A DNA stretch of 36,948 nucleotides from a virus (IMGVR_UViG_2778261353_000005), one strand, 5' to 3'; counted from the stretch's first letter, positions 8,241-18,320 are shown. Notes: generated by a model not told the origin, from the sequence alone. A program made the numbers and translations.

Positions 8241-11034
8241 TATCCGGGTCGCTTTCAGCGCCGTTGACAGACTGACCCGGCCTGCCGAAAACGCCCGCCG
8301 CCTGATGGGGCAGTTTGGTGACTCCATCCAGCGAACGCAGGGGGCGATCAAAAATCTCGAGCGTCAGGCGCGTTCATTTGAGCGCGCCCGTGACGCTGTC
8401 AGTAAAGCGGATGCGGGCATCGTGAAAGCACGACGCCAGCTTAACGCCCTTAATCAGTTACAACGCACGGGTACAGTGCTCAGCGAAAAACAACAAAAGC
8501 TGATGCAGCAGTTAAGCACCCGGCTTGAACGCCTGAATGAATCGCGCACACGGGAAATTCAGAAAATGCGGGAGCTTGGCGGAGAGCTGAAACGCCACGG
8601 CATTTCCCTGACAGGCAGCGATAACACCATCCAGCAGGCCATCAGACGCACCGAACAGTACAACAACCAGCTTGAACGCGAACGGCAGACGCTTGCGCGT
8701 GTAACGCGGGCGCGTGAGCGGTATTCGCGAGCGCAGGAAACTGCTGGAAAACTGAAAACAGGTGGTGCGCTGGCAATTGGTGCGGCAGCGGCTGGCGGCT
8801 ATGCTGCCGGGCGTTTTTTGCAGCCTGCGATCGGGTTCGGGAAAGAGATGTCCCGCGTTCAGGCACTGACGCGAATCGACCAGAACAGCCCACAGTTTAA
8901 GGCGCTGCGTGAGCAGGCGTTAAAACTTGGCTCTGAAACGCAGTTCACCGCAGGTGATGCCGCCAGTGGACAGGCATTTCTTGCAATGGCTGGCTTCACA
9001 CCACAGGCCATTCAGGCTGCGCTCCCTGGCGTACTGAGCATGGCAACGGCTGGCGGTATGGACCTCGGTGAGACGGCGGATATTGGCTCAAATATTCTGA
9101 CGCAGTTCGGTCTTTCTGCTGACCAGATGGACCGGGTCGGCGACACACTCACCGCAGCGTTTACCCGTACCAACACTGACCTTCGCGCACTGGGTGAAAC
9201 CATGAAATATGCAGGTCCGGTGGCGGGTAAGCTGGGAATATCGCTGGAGCAGGCCGCAGCGATGGCAGGCGTGCTGGCGAATATGGGTATCAGGGGGAGT
9301 GATGCCGGGACGGCAATGCGTGCCAGCCTGGCTCGTCTGGCATCACCGCCAAAGGCGGCAGCAGAGGCGCTGAAAGAGCTGGGCGTGTCTGTCTCGGATG
9401 CCGGGGGCAAAATGCGCCCGATGGAGGATGTGCTGGCCGACCTTTATAAAGCCACCCGCAAATACGGGGAAGTTGACCGGGTATCGTTCTTTAAGGACAT
9501 TGCCGGAGAAGAGGCTTTCACATCGTTTATGGCGCTCGTTGATGCAGCGGGTGACGGTTCCTTACCCAAACTGAGAAAAGAACTTGAAGGCGCGCGCGGT
9601 GAGGCTGAACGCACAGCAAAGGTTATGGCCAACAACCTTGACGGCGATCTGAAATCACTCGGCAGTGCATGGGAAGGGTTGCGCATCCGCATTGCAGATC
9701 TGATTGACGGTCCGCTGCGTTCTGTCACGCAGTGGCTCACGCGAGTGGTCTCAAAGGTGACGGCGCTGGCGCAGGCCCATCCCGCACTGACGCGCCAGCT
9801 ACTGATAGCAGGCGGTGCGTTGCTGGCAATGACTGCAACGGTTGGCTCGTTGTCGCTGGCTATTGGTGTGCTTGCTGGCCCGCTGGCAAAACTGCGTCTT
9901 GGTTTTTCTCTCCTGACCGGATCAATGAATGCTGTCAGGGTCCTGCCAGCACTATGGGGAATGGTGACGGGTTCCGTTTCTTTACTGGGAGGCGCTATCG
10001 GGGCGCTGTTCAGTCCGGTCGGGTTGATTGCTGCAGCGTTTGTCGCTGCGGCGGTTCTCATCTGGAAATACTGGGAACCCATCAAGGCGTTTTATGCCGG
10101 GGTGTTCAGTGGGATTATGGAGCGACTGGCCCCGTTGCGCGAAACCTTTGAACGGTTTGGCCCTGTTTTTGACGCAATCGGAAGCGGGATCAGCCAGGTG
10201 TTTAACTGGTTTAAATCGCTGCTGTCACCAATGGAGTCCAGCAAGGAAACGCTGGATAAATGTACCAGTGCTGGCGAGATATTCGGTAACGTTCTTGGCG
10301 GTGCGTTACAGCTTGTTCTGACACCTGCAAAAATGCTACTGGATACGCTGGCGTGGATACTTGAAAAACTTGGCGTCCTTCCGGATGAAGCGGAAAAGGC
10401 GCGCAAGAAAATCGAAGACGCACAGCGTGCGGCCATTCTTCAGGACAAGGTTGCCTTGCTTCAGGGGGACCTTGCGAAAATCAATCCGCCGAAGCCTGTG
10501 GAAAATGGCAATGGCACCGGAGGTGATAAACCCAAAGACAACAAACCGCTCACAGACAGCAATACCGGTACGCTACGCAGACTCAGCAAAATTGCTGATA
10601 ACACAGGTAAGCTGGTTGATGAGACGAAAAAACGCATTGGCCCCGGCGATATTGTCTTTAAGAACCTGCCCCGCGCACTTGCTGTTCGTGGGGAGTGGCA
10701 GGAGCGGAAGATTGCGCAGGTCAGTAAGCCTGCTTCCGCAATCAACATCACACCCGTGGTCCCGACTCCTCTGCCTCCGGCGCTGGTCCCTGTTGTTGCG
10801 GCCAGCTCCCGCCCGGTGGCGGAGGCCATACGATCGCCAGTGGCATCAGTTCCTGCAGCTTCCCGTAATCGGGAGCCTGCTGTCTCCGGATTTGGCGGTG
10901 AAATTCATGTTCATCTGCATAACGTTGTTACGCAGAATCCCCGCGAACTGGCGAAACTGGTCGGTGAAATGGTCAGGGCAGAGATGGAACGGCGCGCCCG
11001 TGCCGGACGTGGCAGTTTTTACGATAAAGATTGA
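8218..11034 (+). CDS. T: Tail tape measure protein
   Basis: About 938 aa from first in-frame ATG (MQTMKTL); coiled-coil N-terminal half, Gly/Ala-rich hydrophobic middle; sits between E' and U. Confidence 0.9.
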   Translation: MQTMKTLDIRVAFSAVDRLTRPAENARRLMGQFGDSIQRTQGAIKNLERQARSFERARDAVSKADAGIVKARRQLNALNQLQRTGTVLSEKQQKLMQQLSTRLERLNESRTREIQKMRELGGELKRHGISLTGSDNTIQQAIRRTEQYNNQLERERQTLARVTRARERYSRAQETAGKLKTGGALAIGAAAAGGYAAGRFLQPAIGFGKEMSRVQALTRIDQNSPQFKALREQALKLGSETQFTAGDAASGQAFLAMAGFTPQAIQAALPGVLSMATAGGMDLGETADIGSNILTQFGLSADQMDRVGDTLTAAFTRTNTDLRALGETMKYAGPVAGKLGISLEQAAAMAGVLANMGIRGSDAGTAMRASLARLASPPKAAAEALKELGVSVSDAGGKMRPMEDVLADLYKATRKYGEVDRVSFFKDIAGEEAFTSFMALVDAAGDGSLPKLRKELEGARGEAERTAKVMANNLDGDLKSLGSAWEGLRIRIADLIDGPLRSVTQWLTRVVSKVTALAQAHPALTRQLLIAGGALLAMTATVGSLSLAIGVLAGPLAKLRLGFSLLTGSMNAVRVLPALWGMVTGSVSLLGGAIGALFSPVGLIAAAFVAAAVLIWKYWEPIKAFYAGVFSGIMERLAPLRETFERFGPVFDAIGSGISQVFNWFKSLLSPMESSKETLDKCTSAGEIFGNVLGGALQLVLTPAKMLLDTLAWILEKLGVLPDEAEKARKKIEDAQRAAILQDKVALLQGDLAKINPPKPVENGNGTGGDKPKDNKPLTDSNTGTLRRLSKIADNTGKLVDETKKRIGPGDIVFKNLPRALAVRGEWQERKIAQVSKPASAINITPVVPTPLPPALVPVVAASSRPVAEAIRSPVASVPAASRNREPAVSGFGGEIHVHLHNVVTQNPRELAKLVGEMVRAEMERRARAGRGSFYDKD

Positions 11035-11040
11035 GGAGTC

Positions 11041-11535
11041 ATGGTCATGATGATGATCTACGGCATGTTTGTTTTTGAGCTGCGCACACTGCCGCATCAG
11101 CAGTTACAGCAAAACAAAAGCTGGCGGCATGTGAAAAATGAACGCGTTAACCGTTCAGCAAGCTGGCAGTATATCGGTGCAGGTGATGATCGCATCGTGC
11201 TTTCCGGCGTGCTTTATCCTGAAATTACAGGTGGTGAAGTGTCGCTTTCGTTACTGACCACGCAGGCATATACAGGACGCCCCTGGCCTCTGATTGATGG
11301 TGTCGGGCAGATTTACGGCATGTATGTGCTGACTGAAACGAATACGACCCGTTCCGAGTTTGATCGCTACGGTAAGGCGAAAAAGATAGAATTTTCACTG
11401 ACTCTTGAACGCTGTGATGAGGATTTGCGGGAGCGCCTGCAATCCTCATCATTCAGCGATATGCTGTCCGGCTTCAAAGATAAGGTGACATCATCTCTTA
11501 ACAGCGCGGCCAGTTCAGTTAAAGGGCTGTTCTGA
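11041..11535 (+). CDS. U: Tail protein U
   Basis: 164 aa; ...QQLQQNKSWRHVKNERVNRSASWQYIGAGDD... matches P2 gpU. Confidence 0.85.
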   Translation: MVMMMIYGMFVFELRTLPHQQLQQNKSWRHVKNERVNRSASWQYIGAGDDRIVLSGVLYPEITGGEVSLSLLTTQAYTGRPWPLIDGVGQIYGMYVLTETNTTRSEFDRYGKAKKIEFSLTLERCDEDLRERLQSSSFSDMLSGFKDKVTSSLNSAASSVKGLF

Positions 11536-11546
11536 TTTAACACAAA

Positions 11547-11572
11547 AACCGCTAATGGTCAGATTAGCGGTT
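11547..11572. terminator. Bidirectional intrinsic terminator between convergent U and invertase genes
   Basis: aaccgctaat-ggtcag-attagcggtt hairpin with T-rich flank on both strands. Confidence 0.55.
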
Positions 11573-12158
11573 ATTTTGTTTCCTGACTCTTCTCAATTGT
11601 TCCGCTTGATTCTCCTGCGAGGTGGTAACGATAAATCGTCGATATACCAATGCCGTAAATTATTGCCAGTTGTTTTCTGTCGTGCCCGTTTTTGATCAGC
11701 CTTGCTATTTGCTCATGCTGTTCTTTTGTCAGCTTCGGGCGACGTCCGCCTGTGCGCCCCCGTGCGCGCGCTGCCGCCAGTCCGGCCAGTGTGCGTTCAA
11801 CAATTAATTCACGTTCCATTTCTGCTAAAGCTCCCATGACGTGAAAAAAGAAACGCCCCATGGGTGTTGATGTGTCAATGCTGTCCGTCAGGCTACGGAA
11901 ATTAACACCTTTTTCCCGCAATTCCTCAATAAGCGTGATCAGGTGTTTCATACTCCTGCCCAGCCTGTCCAGCTTCCAGACAACCAGCGTATCTCCTTCT
12001 GATAGCGTTCTGAGCAGTTTTTTCAATCCCGGTCTGGCTGATTTCGTTCCGCTGATTTTATCTTCAAAAATCAGTTCACATCCTGCGCACTCCAGCGCGT
12101 TACGCTGCAATTCCGTGTTCTGGTCATTTGTTGATACGCGAACATAACCAATAAGCAT
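11571..12158 (-). CDS. Serine DNA invertase (Gin/Pin/Cin/Hin family)
   Basis: Near-identity to Gin-type invertases over the catalytic N-terminus (MLIGYVRVSTNDQ..., VWKLDRLGRSMKHL, MGRFFFHVMGALAEMERELI) and C-terminal HTH. Confidence 0.9.
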   Translation of the reverse strand: MLIGYVRVSTNDQNTELQRNALECAGCELIFEDKISGTKSARPGLKKLLRTLSEGDTLVVWKLDRLGRSMKHLITLIEELREKGVNFRSLTDSIDTSTPMGRFFFHVMGALAEMERELIVERTLAGLAAARARGRTGGRRPKLTKEQHEQIARLIKNGHDRKQLAIIYGIGISTIYRYHLAGESSGTIEKSQETK

Positions 12159-12214
12159 GAGCATCCCCCTGAATAAAAACCGGAGATGATGCCAGTTACC
12201 CGTTATCTCTGCAT

Positions 12215-12240
12215 TTTCACAAATGTTGGTTTAGGAGAAG
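12215..12240. repeat. Invertase crossover site (gix/cix-like), left boundary of invertible fibre segment
   Basis: ttggtttaggagaag at 12226..12240 is the reverse complement of cttctcctaaaccaa at 14108..14122; AAACC..GGTTT-type core. Confidence 0.7.
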
Positions 12241-12731
12241 GCTCAGCATTGCCTGTTGGCGTACCTGTTCCGTGGCCCTCAGCCACTCCGCCAACAGGCT
12301 GGCTGAAATGCAACGGAGCAGCTTTTTCTGCTGAAGAATACCCGGAACTGGCAAAGGCTTACCCGACAAATAAATTGCCTGATTTACGCGGTGAATTTAT
12401 TCGCGGCTGGGATGACGGGCGTGGGGTTGATTCGGGCCGAACTATATTGAACTCTCAGGGAGATGCAATCAGAAATATCACGGGGACAATTGGTGCAAGG
12501 CATGAAATATCAGCACTGTATTTTTTTGGCAATGGCTCTGGTGCATTTTTTGGGAATGATGAGGGAATGTATGATTCCGTTGTGATAAAAGCTGAATCTA
12601 CAGGTAAGTCATCAGTTTCTATGACAGATCGTCATATTTACGCTAATTTGGATGTCTCAAGAGTTGTTCCTACAGCGACAGAAAACAGACCTCGTAATAT
12701 TGCATTCAACTACATCGTGAGGGCGGCATAA
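12232..12731 (+). CDS. Alternative (currently silent) tail-fibre C-terminal segment, expressed only after inversion
   Basis: No credible independent start; frame runs through the crossover site encoding GLGE, the same tetrapeptide at the crossover in H; fibre-tip-like sequence. Confidence 0.65.
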
Positions 12732-13348
12732 TGCGCGAGGATACCATGAATACAGTCACACTGAATGAGGCCCTACTGGCGACTGTCGCGGGTGAAGTCG
12801 TCATATACAACTACGACAGCAAGACGCGGGAATATCTTTCCACATCAACTGAATATCTTGCGGTTGGCGTCGGCATCCCGGCATGTTCTTGTTTAGATGC
12901 ACCAGTTACACATAAAGCTGGTTATGCAATCTGCCGTTCTGCAGATTTTAACTCATGGGAATATGTGCCAGACCATCGCGGTGAAATCATCTATAGCACC
13001 GAAACAGGAGAATCGAAAGAAATCACAGCTCTGGGTGATTACCCTGAAAATACAACCACTATCGCCCCGTTAACGCCATATGATAAATGGGATGGTGAGA
13101 AATGGGTGACGAATACTGAGGCACAGCATAGCGCCGCAGTAGAAGCGGCAGAAGCACAGCGCCAGTCACTGATTGATGCAGCAATGGCTTCCATCAGTCT
13201 GATTCAACTGAAATTACAGGCCGGACGGAAGCTGACGCAGGCAGAAAACACCCGTCTAAACGCTGTGCTGGATTACATTGATGCGGTGACGGCAACAGAT
13301 ACCAGAACCGCGCCGGATGTCATCTGGCCTGAACTGCCGGAGGCGTAG
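12731..13348 (+). CDS. Tail fibre assembly protein (alternative copy inside invertible segment)
   Basis: 205 aa; ATG overlaps preceding stop (TAATG); C-terminal DYIDAVTATDT...PDVIWPELP parallels the convergent tfa copy. Confidence 0.75.
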   Translation: MREDTMNTVTLNEALLATVAGEVVIYNYDSKTREYLSTSTEYLAVGVGIPACSCLDAPVTHKAGYAICRSADFNSWEYVPDHRGEIIYSTETGESKEITALGDYPENTTTIAPLTPYDKWDGEKWVTNTEAQHSAAVEAAEAQRQSLIDAAMASISLIQLKLQAGRKLTQAENTRLNAVLDYIDAVTATDTRTAPDVIWPELPEA

Positions 13349-13760
13349 GCCATTCAATATCTGGCGCACCGGAAGTATCGACCAGTTCTAGTGCGTCCAG
13401 ATAATCCAGCCACAAATTATATTGCGCCAGTTCCTCACCTTTCAGGCGACCAATCGCCGCTTTACCAGGCCATTGCTTACTGTTTATGTATTCGTTGACC
13501 TGATTAATCAATTGCTGCTTTTCCAATTCGGCTGCGGCAATTTGTTCCTCATGAGTTGGCGGTGGAATATCAATCCATGCAGGCATTCCGTCGATGACAC
13601 CTCTGTATTTTCCTTCTGGTGCTTCCTTCATAAATTCGGCAGCAACAGTGTCGTCAATTTCGATTCCATCACCGGGCCATTCGCCGGATTCCTGATAAGC
13701 GATTTTAAGCTCCACAGGGAAAAACGCATTTTTATCAGCACTGAAAATATATTTCTGCAT
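13320..13760 (-). CDS. G: Tail fibre assembly protein (active orientation)
   Basis: 146 aa directly downstream of H; C-terminal LDYLDALELVDTSGAPDIEWP motif. Confidence 0.8.
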   Translation of the reverse strand: MQKYIFSADKNAFFPVELKIAYQESGEWPGDGIEIDDTVAAEFMKEAPEGKYRGVIDGMPAWIDIPPPTHEEQIAAAELEKQQLINQVNEYINSKQWPGKAAIGRLKGEELAQYNLWLDYLDALELVDTSGAPDIEWPTPPAVQAR

Positions 13761-13762
13761 TT

Positions 13763-15253
13763 CTACCGTCCTATCGAAACATAACTGAATCTGTATTGCT
13801 GTGAGATATCACTGGTTGCCACACGCCACGCTGAATTACTGATATGTTCAAAATTTACAGACAAAACCTGCGGGGCAGGATTCGACGGGTCTGACTGAAC
13901 GGCATCAGACATAACACTGACTGAAACCATCGGCTGATTAGGGAATGGTATAGGGAAGTGTCCACTGATAAAGCGGGTCGTGTTTCCTGAAAAAGTGCCA
14001 AACTGAACAATATATCCACCTGGTAGCCTGAACCATCCCGAACCAGAAGCGAATGCTCCCATATCCGGTATCTGATTATCTCCTGTGCCCACATCCCTTT
14101 TCGCCGCTTCTCCTAAACCAAGGTAATCAAGAACGCCCTGAGTGCTGGTTTTACCAAGAATGGCACGTCCAACACTTGTCAACGCGGTTAACGCGGCACG
14201 ATCTGCCCCTGTAAAATATGGGAGTTTATCTGCTGATGTAGCAAGCTCCGCCAGCGCCGTCAGGGTGGCATCCTTCGGTTGCTTACCCGCAAGCGCGTTA
14301 GTCATGGTGGTCGCAAAATTCGGGTCATTGCCCAGCGCCGCAGCCAGTTCGTTCAGCGTGTTCAGTGCATCAGGTGACGAATCTACAAGTGCGGCAATCG
14401 CGGCCATAACGAAAGCCGTGCTTGCGATCTGGGTACTATTAGTCCCCTGTGGCGCTGTTGGTGTTGTTGGCGTTCCGGTCAGTGCCGGGCTGTTTAATGG
14501 TGCTTTCTTGTTCGTTTCATCCATTACCGCCTTAACAGCTTTTGGTGTCGCTGCCAATGTTTCAGACGTGCTGTTCGTGGCGCTACTGAGCTGAACAATC
14601 CCTTTTTGTGTAGTGGTGGCGTTCTGGGCAGTATATTTCTCGTTAGCCAGGTCATATGCAGCCTTAACCGCTTTCGGTGTTGCGGCCAGTGTTTCTGATT
14701 CACTGTTAATTGCACTGCTTAACTGAGTAAAACCTTTTACGGTCAGCGAGGCGTCCGGGTGACGTCGTGACTGTTCGTGCTCTGATATTTTATCATCCAC
14801 ATATTTGCGGGTTGCCAGAACCACAGACGGGTCGATTTTCAGCGTGATGGCTTCGGTGTTCGTGACAACCAGAATCATGCGGATAGTCTGGGTGCGTCCA
14901 CTGCCTTCCTGCAACTGCGGTTTGTACGTTTCCGGGCAGTTTGCCACCGCAATGAGTACACCTTCATCATCATAAAGACCAATCTCACGGATCCAGAATC
15001 CTCCCTCGTTTTCAGGGATGATTTGCTCCGCAATAATCTGGCTCTGATTGTTAGGGTCAACACTCAGAAGATTCAGCGGTGCAATGCGTTTCTGGTTAAT
15101 CAGTTTTGTTTGTGCAGGGTCTGGTGTTGGTAACACACCATTTGCATCACCAACGGCCATTTGCGTCAGATTCAGCTTACTGCCGAGCATCGTCGCGTTA
15201 GCCAGTCGTGCCGCGCCCTGATTAGTCAGAATGGCGTAGTATTTCACTGTCAT
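13763..15253 (-). CDS. H: Tail fibre protein H (constant N-terminus plus currently joined variable C-terminus)
   Basis: N-terminal blocks MAVGD, GFW-RE-GLYDD-G-LIAVAN, YVDDKI-EHEQSRRHPDASLT-KGFTQLSSA, ETLAATPKAVKAAYDLA match P2 gpH. Confidence 0.85.
   Translation of the reverse strand: MTVKYYAILTNQGAARLANATMLGSKLNLTQMAVGDANGVLPTPDPAQTKLINQKRIAPLNLLSVDPNNQSQIIAEQIIPENEGGFWIREIGLYDDEGVLIAVANCPETYKPQLQEGSGRTQTIRMILVVTNTEAITLKIDPSVVLATRKYVDDKISEHEQSRRHPDASLTVKGFTQLSSAINSESETLAATPKAVKAAYDLANEKYTAQNATTTQKGIVQLSSATNSTSETLAATPKAVKAVMDETNKKAPLNSPALTGTPTTPTAPQGTNSTQIASTAFVMAAIAALVDSSPDALNTLNELAAALGNDPNFATTMTNALAGKQPKDATLTALAELATSADKLPYFTGADRAALTALTSVGRAILGKTSTQGVLDYLGLGEAAKRDVGTGDNQIPDMGAFASGSGWFRLPGGYIVQFGTFSGNTTRFISGHFPIPFPNQPMVSVSVMSDAVQSDPSNPAPQVLSVNFEHISNSAWRVATSDISQQYRFSYVSIGR
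14108..14133. repeat. Invertase crossover site, right boundary, inside H
   Basis: Inverted copy of the 12226..12240 site; encodes GLGE in the H frame. Confidence 0.7.
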
Positions 15254-15858
15254 GCGTTTACTCTCAGATTATCAATTAAATGAATGGCTGGGGCAGGGAA
15301 ATAATCCCCTTCGACAATAATGGACTCCGGGGTGTAGGGATAAACCGTCAGGGCATCGCCGTGATAGCATCCCGTACCAACGAAAATCTTTCCGTTCACA
15401 CTCAGGCTGATCGCCAGCCCCGTCAGATGGCGACTTACTGGTTTTGCATCCGCAATAAGGCGCTCAAGTTCCTGATACATTTCATCGGTGATGCCCTGAT
15501 CAAGTACTCCGACAACAATGCGAAATGTTCCCGGCTCCTCGTTGAGTTGCCACCACTCCTTTACTTCAATCAGGTAGCCGAGAGGCTCCACGGCTCTTCG
15601 CAGTGCGCTGATGGTCCCTTTGTGTCGGTGTATCAGCCATGCATCACGAATAACCTGTCGCTTTGTCTCTTCCGGCCAGTTGCGATCCCAGCGGTCAACG
15701 GAAAACGCCCAGGCGAGATAAGGCAGCAGGTGCACCGGGCAGGTGTCCGGCGACCACAGCGTGTTGAGGTCTACCGGGATGTCTGTAATGCGCGTTCCGA
15801 CAGCTTCGGCATAACGCATGAAATTGCTGGCTGATGGCGGTAACAGTGAATTACTCAT
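15250..15858 (-). CDS. I: Baseplate protein I
   Basis: Start at MSNSLLPP; WSPDTCP...LLPYLAWAFSVDRWD...IRDA...HKGTI...EPLGYLI matches P2 gpI. Confidence 0.8.
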   Translation of the reverse strand: MSNSLLPPSASNFMRYAEAVGTRITDIPVDLNTLWSPDTCPVHLLPYLAWAFSVDRWDRNWPEETKRQVIRDAWLIHRHKGTISALRRAVEPLGYLIEVKEWWQLNEEPGTFRIVVGVLDQGITDEMYQELERLIADAKPVSRHLTGLAISLSVNGKIFVGTGCYHGDALTVYPYTPESIIVEGDYFPAPAIHLIDNLRVNA

Positions 15859-16747
15859 TACGCCCACCTTCGCTGATGGTGAATGACTCACAGCGCGCCG
15901 CCTGTATGTCACTGATGGCCATATTCTGTGTGGGTTCGATTATCTCCACGCGTTGCACGCCGTGCACATGAAGTGCGGCAGCAATGGCGGACAGCGCCAC
16001 GTCCTGACCGATAAGCCCCTGTTCAGCCAGCCACTTCCTGAACGACGATTCAGCCGCAGCCAGAATAGGTTCGGATTCCGGGCCGGGGTAAAAGTACAGT
16101 TTTGCATTCAGCCGCCATGTCACGATTCTGGCGCTCTGTACCGTCAGGCGGTCGGCCACCGGGCGGGTATCCTCTGCATTCAGAACGGCGCGAACGGTAT
16201 TAAGCAACGCCTCCGTTGCTGTGCCGTCGCCTTCAGTGGACAGAATGGAAACCGTCACACAGGCCGGAGACGGGCTGATAGCTCGCGCATCGCGCACCAG
16301 ACCGCTGGCGCTGCGTGCAAAATACTCGTATGCACCTGACGGGCCAGCAACACTCAGGCCGTCGTACGCCCGCTGCGCCCGCAATCTCAGCGAGGTGTCG
16401 CTCTCCATCACCGCGTCGGTGGTATCCGTTGCCGGAGTGATAACCAGGCGCTTTGTGTTCATATTGCCCGCGAGGTTGTCCAGGTTTGTCCCTGAACCGT
16501 GGCTTAACATGCAGGCGCGTGCGCCCTCGTTAACCCGCTGGCGTAACAGCATTTCACGAAAAGACATGGTTTGAGCGATAACGTTCAGGGGTTCCGATTC
16601 CAGCTCCAGCGCGGCGGAGACGGCTTCACGCTGTTCGGCAGGATAGGACGCAATCATCATGGCCTTTGTGTCAGCCAGAATTGCCTCAAAGTCAGGCTCC
16701 GCTATGATGGCGGGTTCCGGTAACTGGGAAAGGTCAACGGCAGGCAT
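15851..16747 (-). CDS. J: Baseplate protein J
   Basis: 298 aa between W and I, typical gpJ size and position. Confidence 0.8.
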   Translation of the reverse strand: MPAVDLSQLPEPAIIAEPDFEAILADTKAMMIASYPAEQREAVSAALELESEPLNVIAQTMSFREMLLRQRVNEGARACMLSHGSGTNLDNLAGNMNTKRLVITPATDTTDAVMESDTSLRLRAQRAYDGLSVAGPSGAYEYFARSASGLVRDARAISPSPACVTVSILSTEGDGTATEALLNTVRAVLNAEDTRPVADRLTVQSARIVTWRLNAKLYFYPGPESEPILAAAESSFRKWLAEQGLIGQDVALSAIAAALHVHGVQRVEIIEPTQNMAISDIQAARCESFTISEGGRNE

Positions 16748-16750
16748 GAT

Positions 16751-17101
16751 TTACTCTCTCAGCGTAATGGTTAATTCAACATTCTGCATGGTCTGCATGA
16801 CAGTGCCCGACAGCGTCACCCCGGCGCGGCCTCCTGCTTTCCAGACAACATCGATGGCATCCAGGGCAATGCGGGGTTCCCATCGTGTCAGTGCAATCAC
16901 GGCAGCACTCATGCATTGCAGACGCGTGGTGTTATTCATGGGTTCGTCAATCAAATCAGGCACAAGGCTGCCATATTCCCGTCGCATAACCCGGCTGGCC
17001 AGCGGGGTGGTCAGGATGTCCCTGACTGACTGTTTCAGGTGCTCCATATCGTTCAGGTTTCCCGTTCCGTCCGGGTTCATTCCTGTGTAGCGGGTTGTCA
17101 C
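16751..17101 (-). CDS. W: Baseplate wedge protein W (gp25-like)
   Basis: 116 aa, position and size as P2 gpW. Confidence 0.8.
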   Translation of the reverse strand: MTTRYTGMNPDGTGNLNDMEHLKQSVRDILTTPLASRVMRREYGSLVPDLIDEPMNNTTRLQCMSAAVIALTRWEPRIALDAIDVVWKAGGRAGVTLSGTVMQTMQNVELTITLRE

Positions 17102-17679
17102 TGCGGGCCTCCTGTCGAATCGCTGCCACCTTTAACGCCACCGTGCTTATGCGTATGCACTGTGATGCCGTTTGAGGTGAAATCGCCGCCGCTGTGCGTG
17201 ATATTGCCGCTCATCTTTCCCCCTTTTGTGACGTCAAGCGTCGCTGTTCTCAGAAGGTTTGTGCATTCCACGACGGGCGTATCCAGTGTCACGCTGACGG
17301 ATGCCTGCAGGGTGGCTGTTTTCATGCCGCTGGCGCTCAGTGCGCCAGCGTCTGCGTCGTAGCGGAACACCGCGCCATCCGGCGCGCTGACCACGATTTC
17401 TTTCAGGCTTTTGCCGGGGGCCGGACTGGCATCACTCCACAGGCTGCCAATTATCATGGCGGTTTCCGGGTTGCCGCCAATGCAGGCAATTACCACCTGT
17501 TCGCCTGGTGATGGCGGCAGCCACACATTGAAGGCTCCCGCGCGCGTGGTGTTCCAGCGCAACCAGCCTGTTTCCAGTTCGCCGCTGCGAACGCGCACGC
17601 GCCAGGACTTCTCATCAACTTCAGAGATGATCCCGGTGCGGATGATATTGCTCAGCAGTCGCATGAGTTCTGCGCTCAC
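17098..17679 (-). CDS. V: Baseplate spike/hub protein V
   Basis: 193 aa; Gly/Thr-rich C-terminus; position as P2 gpV. Confidence 0.8.
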   Translation of the reverse strand: MSAELMRLLSNIIRTGIISEVDEKSWRVRVRSGELETGWLRWNTTRAGAFNVWLPPSPGEQVVIACIGGNPETAMIIGSLWSDASPAPGKSLKEIVVSAPDGAVFRYDADAGALSASGMKTATLQASVSVTLDTPVVECTNLLRTATLDVTKGGKMSGNITHSGGDFTSNGITVHTHKHGGVKGGSDSTGGPQ

Positions 17680-18320
17680 CGTACAGCCTCCGCAATCCGG
17701 CCCAGCACCGTGTTATAAATCAGGCGCTCATCTGCCTGGCTGATACCCAGCAGCTCACGTACCGGGTAATCGGTGAAAATGCCCGGCGCAACCTGATCGC
17801 GCTCACCGAACTGATGAACGCGGGCAATACGTGCGGCCACGCCGCTGTAACCCACCGTCACACCGGAAGCATCTGCACGGGCTTTCAGGTAGCGGGCGGT
17901 GCGCAGTTTTACGAACATGGGGACGCGCTTTGTGCTGTCCTGGTTGATGCGCCGGGTGCGTATTTCCAGAAAACGGTCGATGTCAGCCCGGTAAAACGTG
18001 CGGATATTGTTTTTATCCTCATCCCACCCGGTAATGGTTCGCCCGTATTTCCCCGTGTCGTGATGCCAGTTTTTCAGCGTGCGTGCTTCGTTATTCCAGA
18101 TAAAGCGAATGCGTTCCTGTATCCGGGTTACGCGGCGTCTGCGTGGTGTCCACGCGGTCCCGTCCGGCGCTTTCTGTGACCGGATACGCGCCTGCTGGGC
18201 GCGGCGTAAATCCTGTGCCAGCTTTCCGGCGATGTTATTGATGGCCTGCTGATTCAGGCTGTCGCGGATGGCCTCAAAGGTTTCATCCACGCGGGTGAAT
18301 GCCTTATCCATCGCTTTCAC
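17676..18320 (-). CDS. S: Virion morphogenesis / tail completion protein (gpS-like)
   Basis: Positional; 214 aa is longer than P2 gpS so assignment is tentative. Confidence 0.6.
   Translation of the reverse strand: MKAMDKAFTRVDETFEAIRDSLNQQAINNIAGKLAQDLRRAQQARIRSQKAPDGTAWTPRRRRVTRIQERIRFIWNNEARTLKNWHHDTGKYGRTITGWDEDKNNIRTFYRADIDRFLEIRTRRINQDSTKRVPMFVKLRTARYLKARADASGVTVGYSGVAARIARVHQFGERDQVAPGIFTDYPVRELLGISQADERLIYNTVLGRIAEAVR

Noticed and set aside
9012-10436. Several 100-200-aa ORFs on both strands inside the tape-measure gene
   Set aside because: Ala/Ser/Pro/Arg-rich shadows of a GC-rich gene
12186-12731. H'v segment as an independent gene starting at 12186
   Set aside because: The ORF begins upstream of the crossover site with no RBS; it is a silent alternative C-terminal exon
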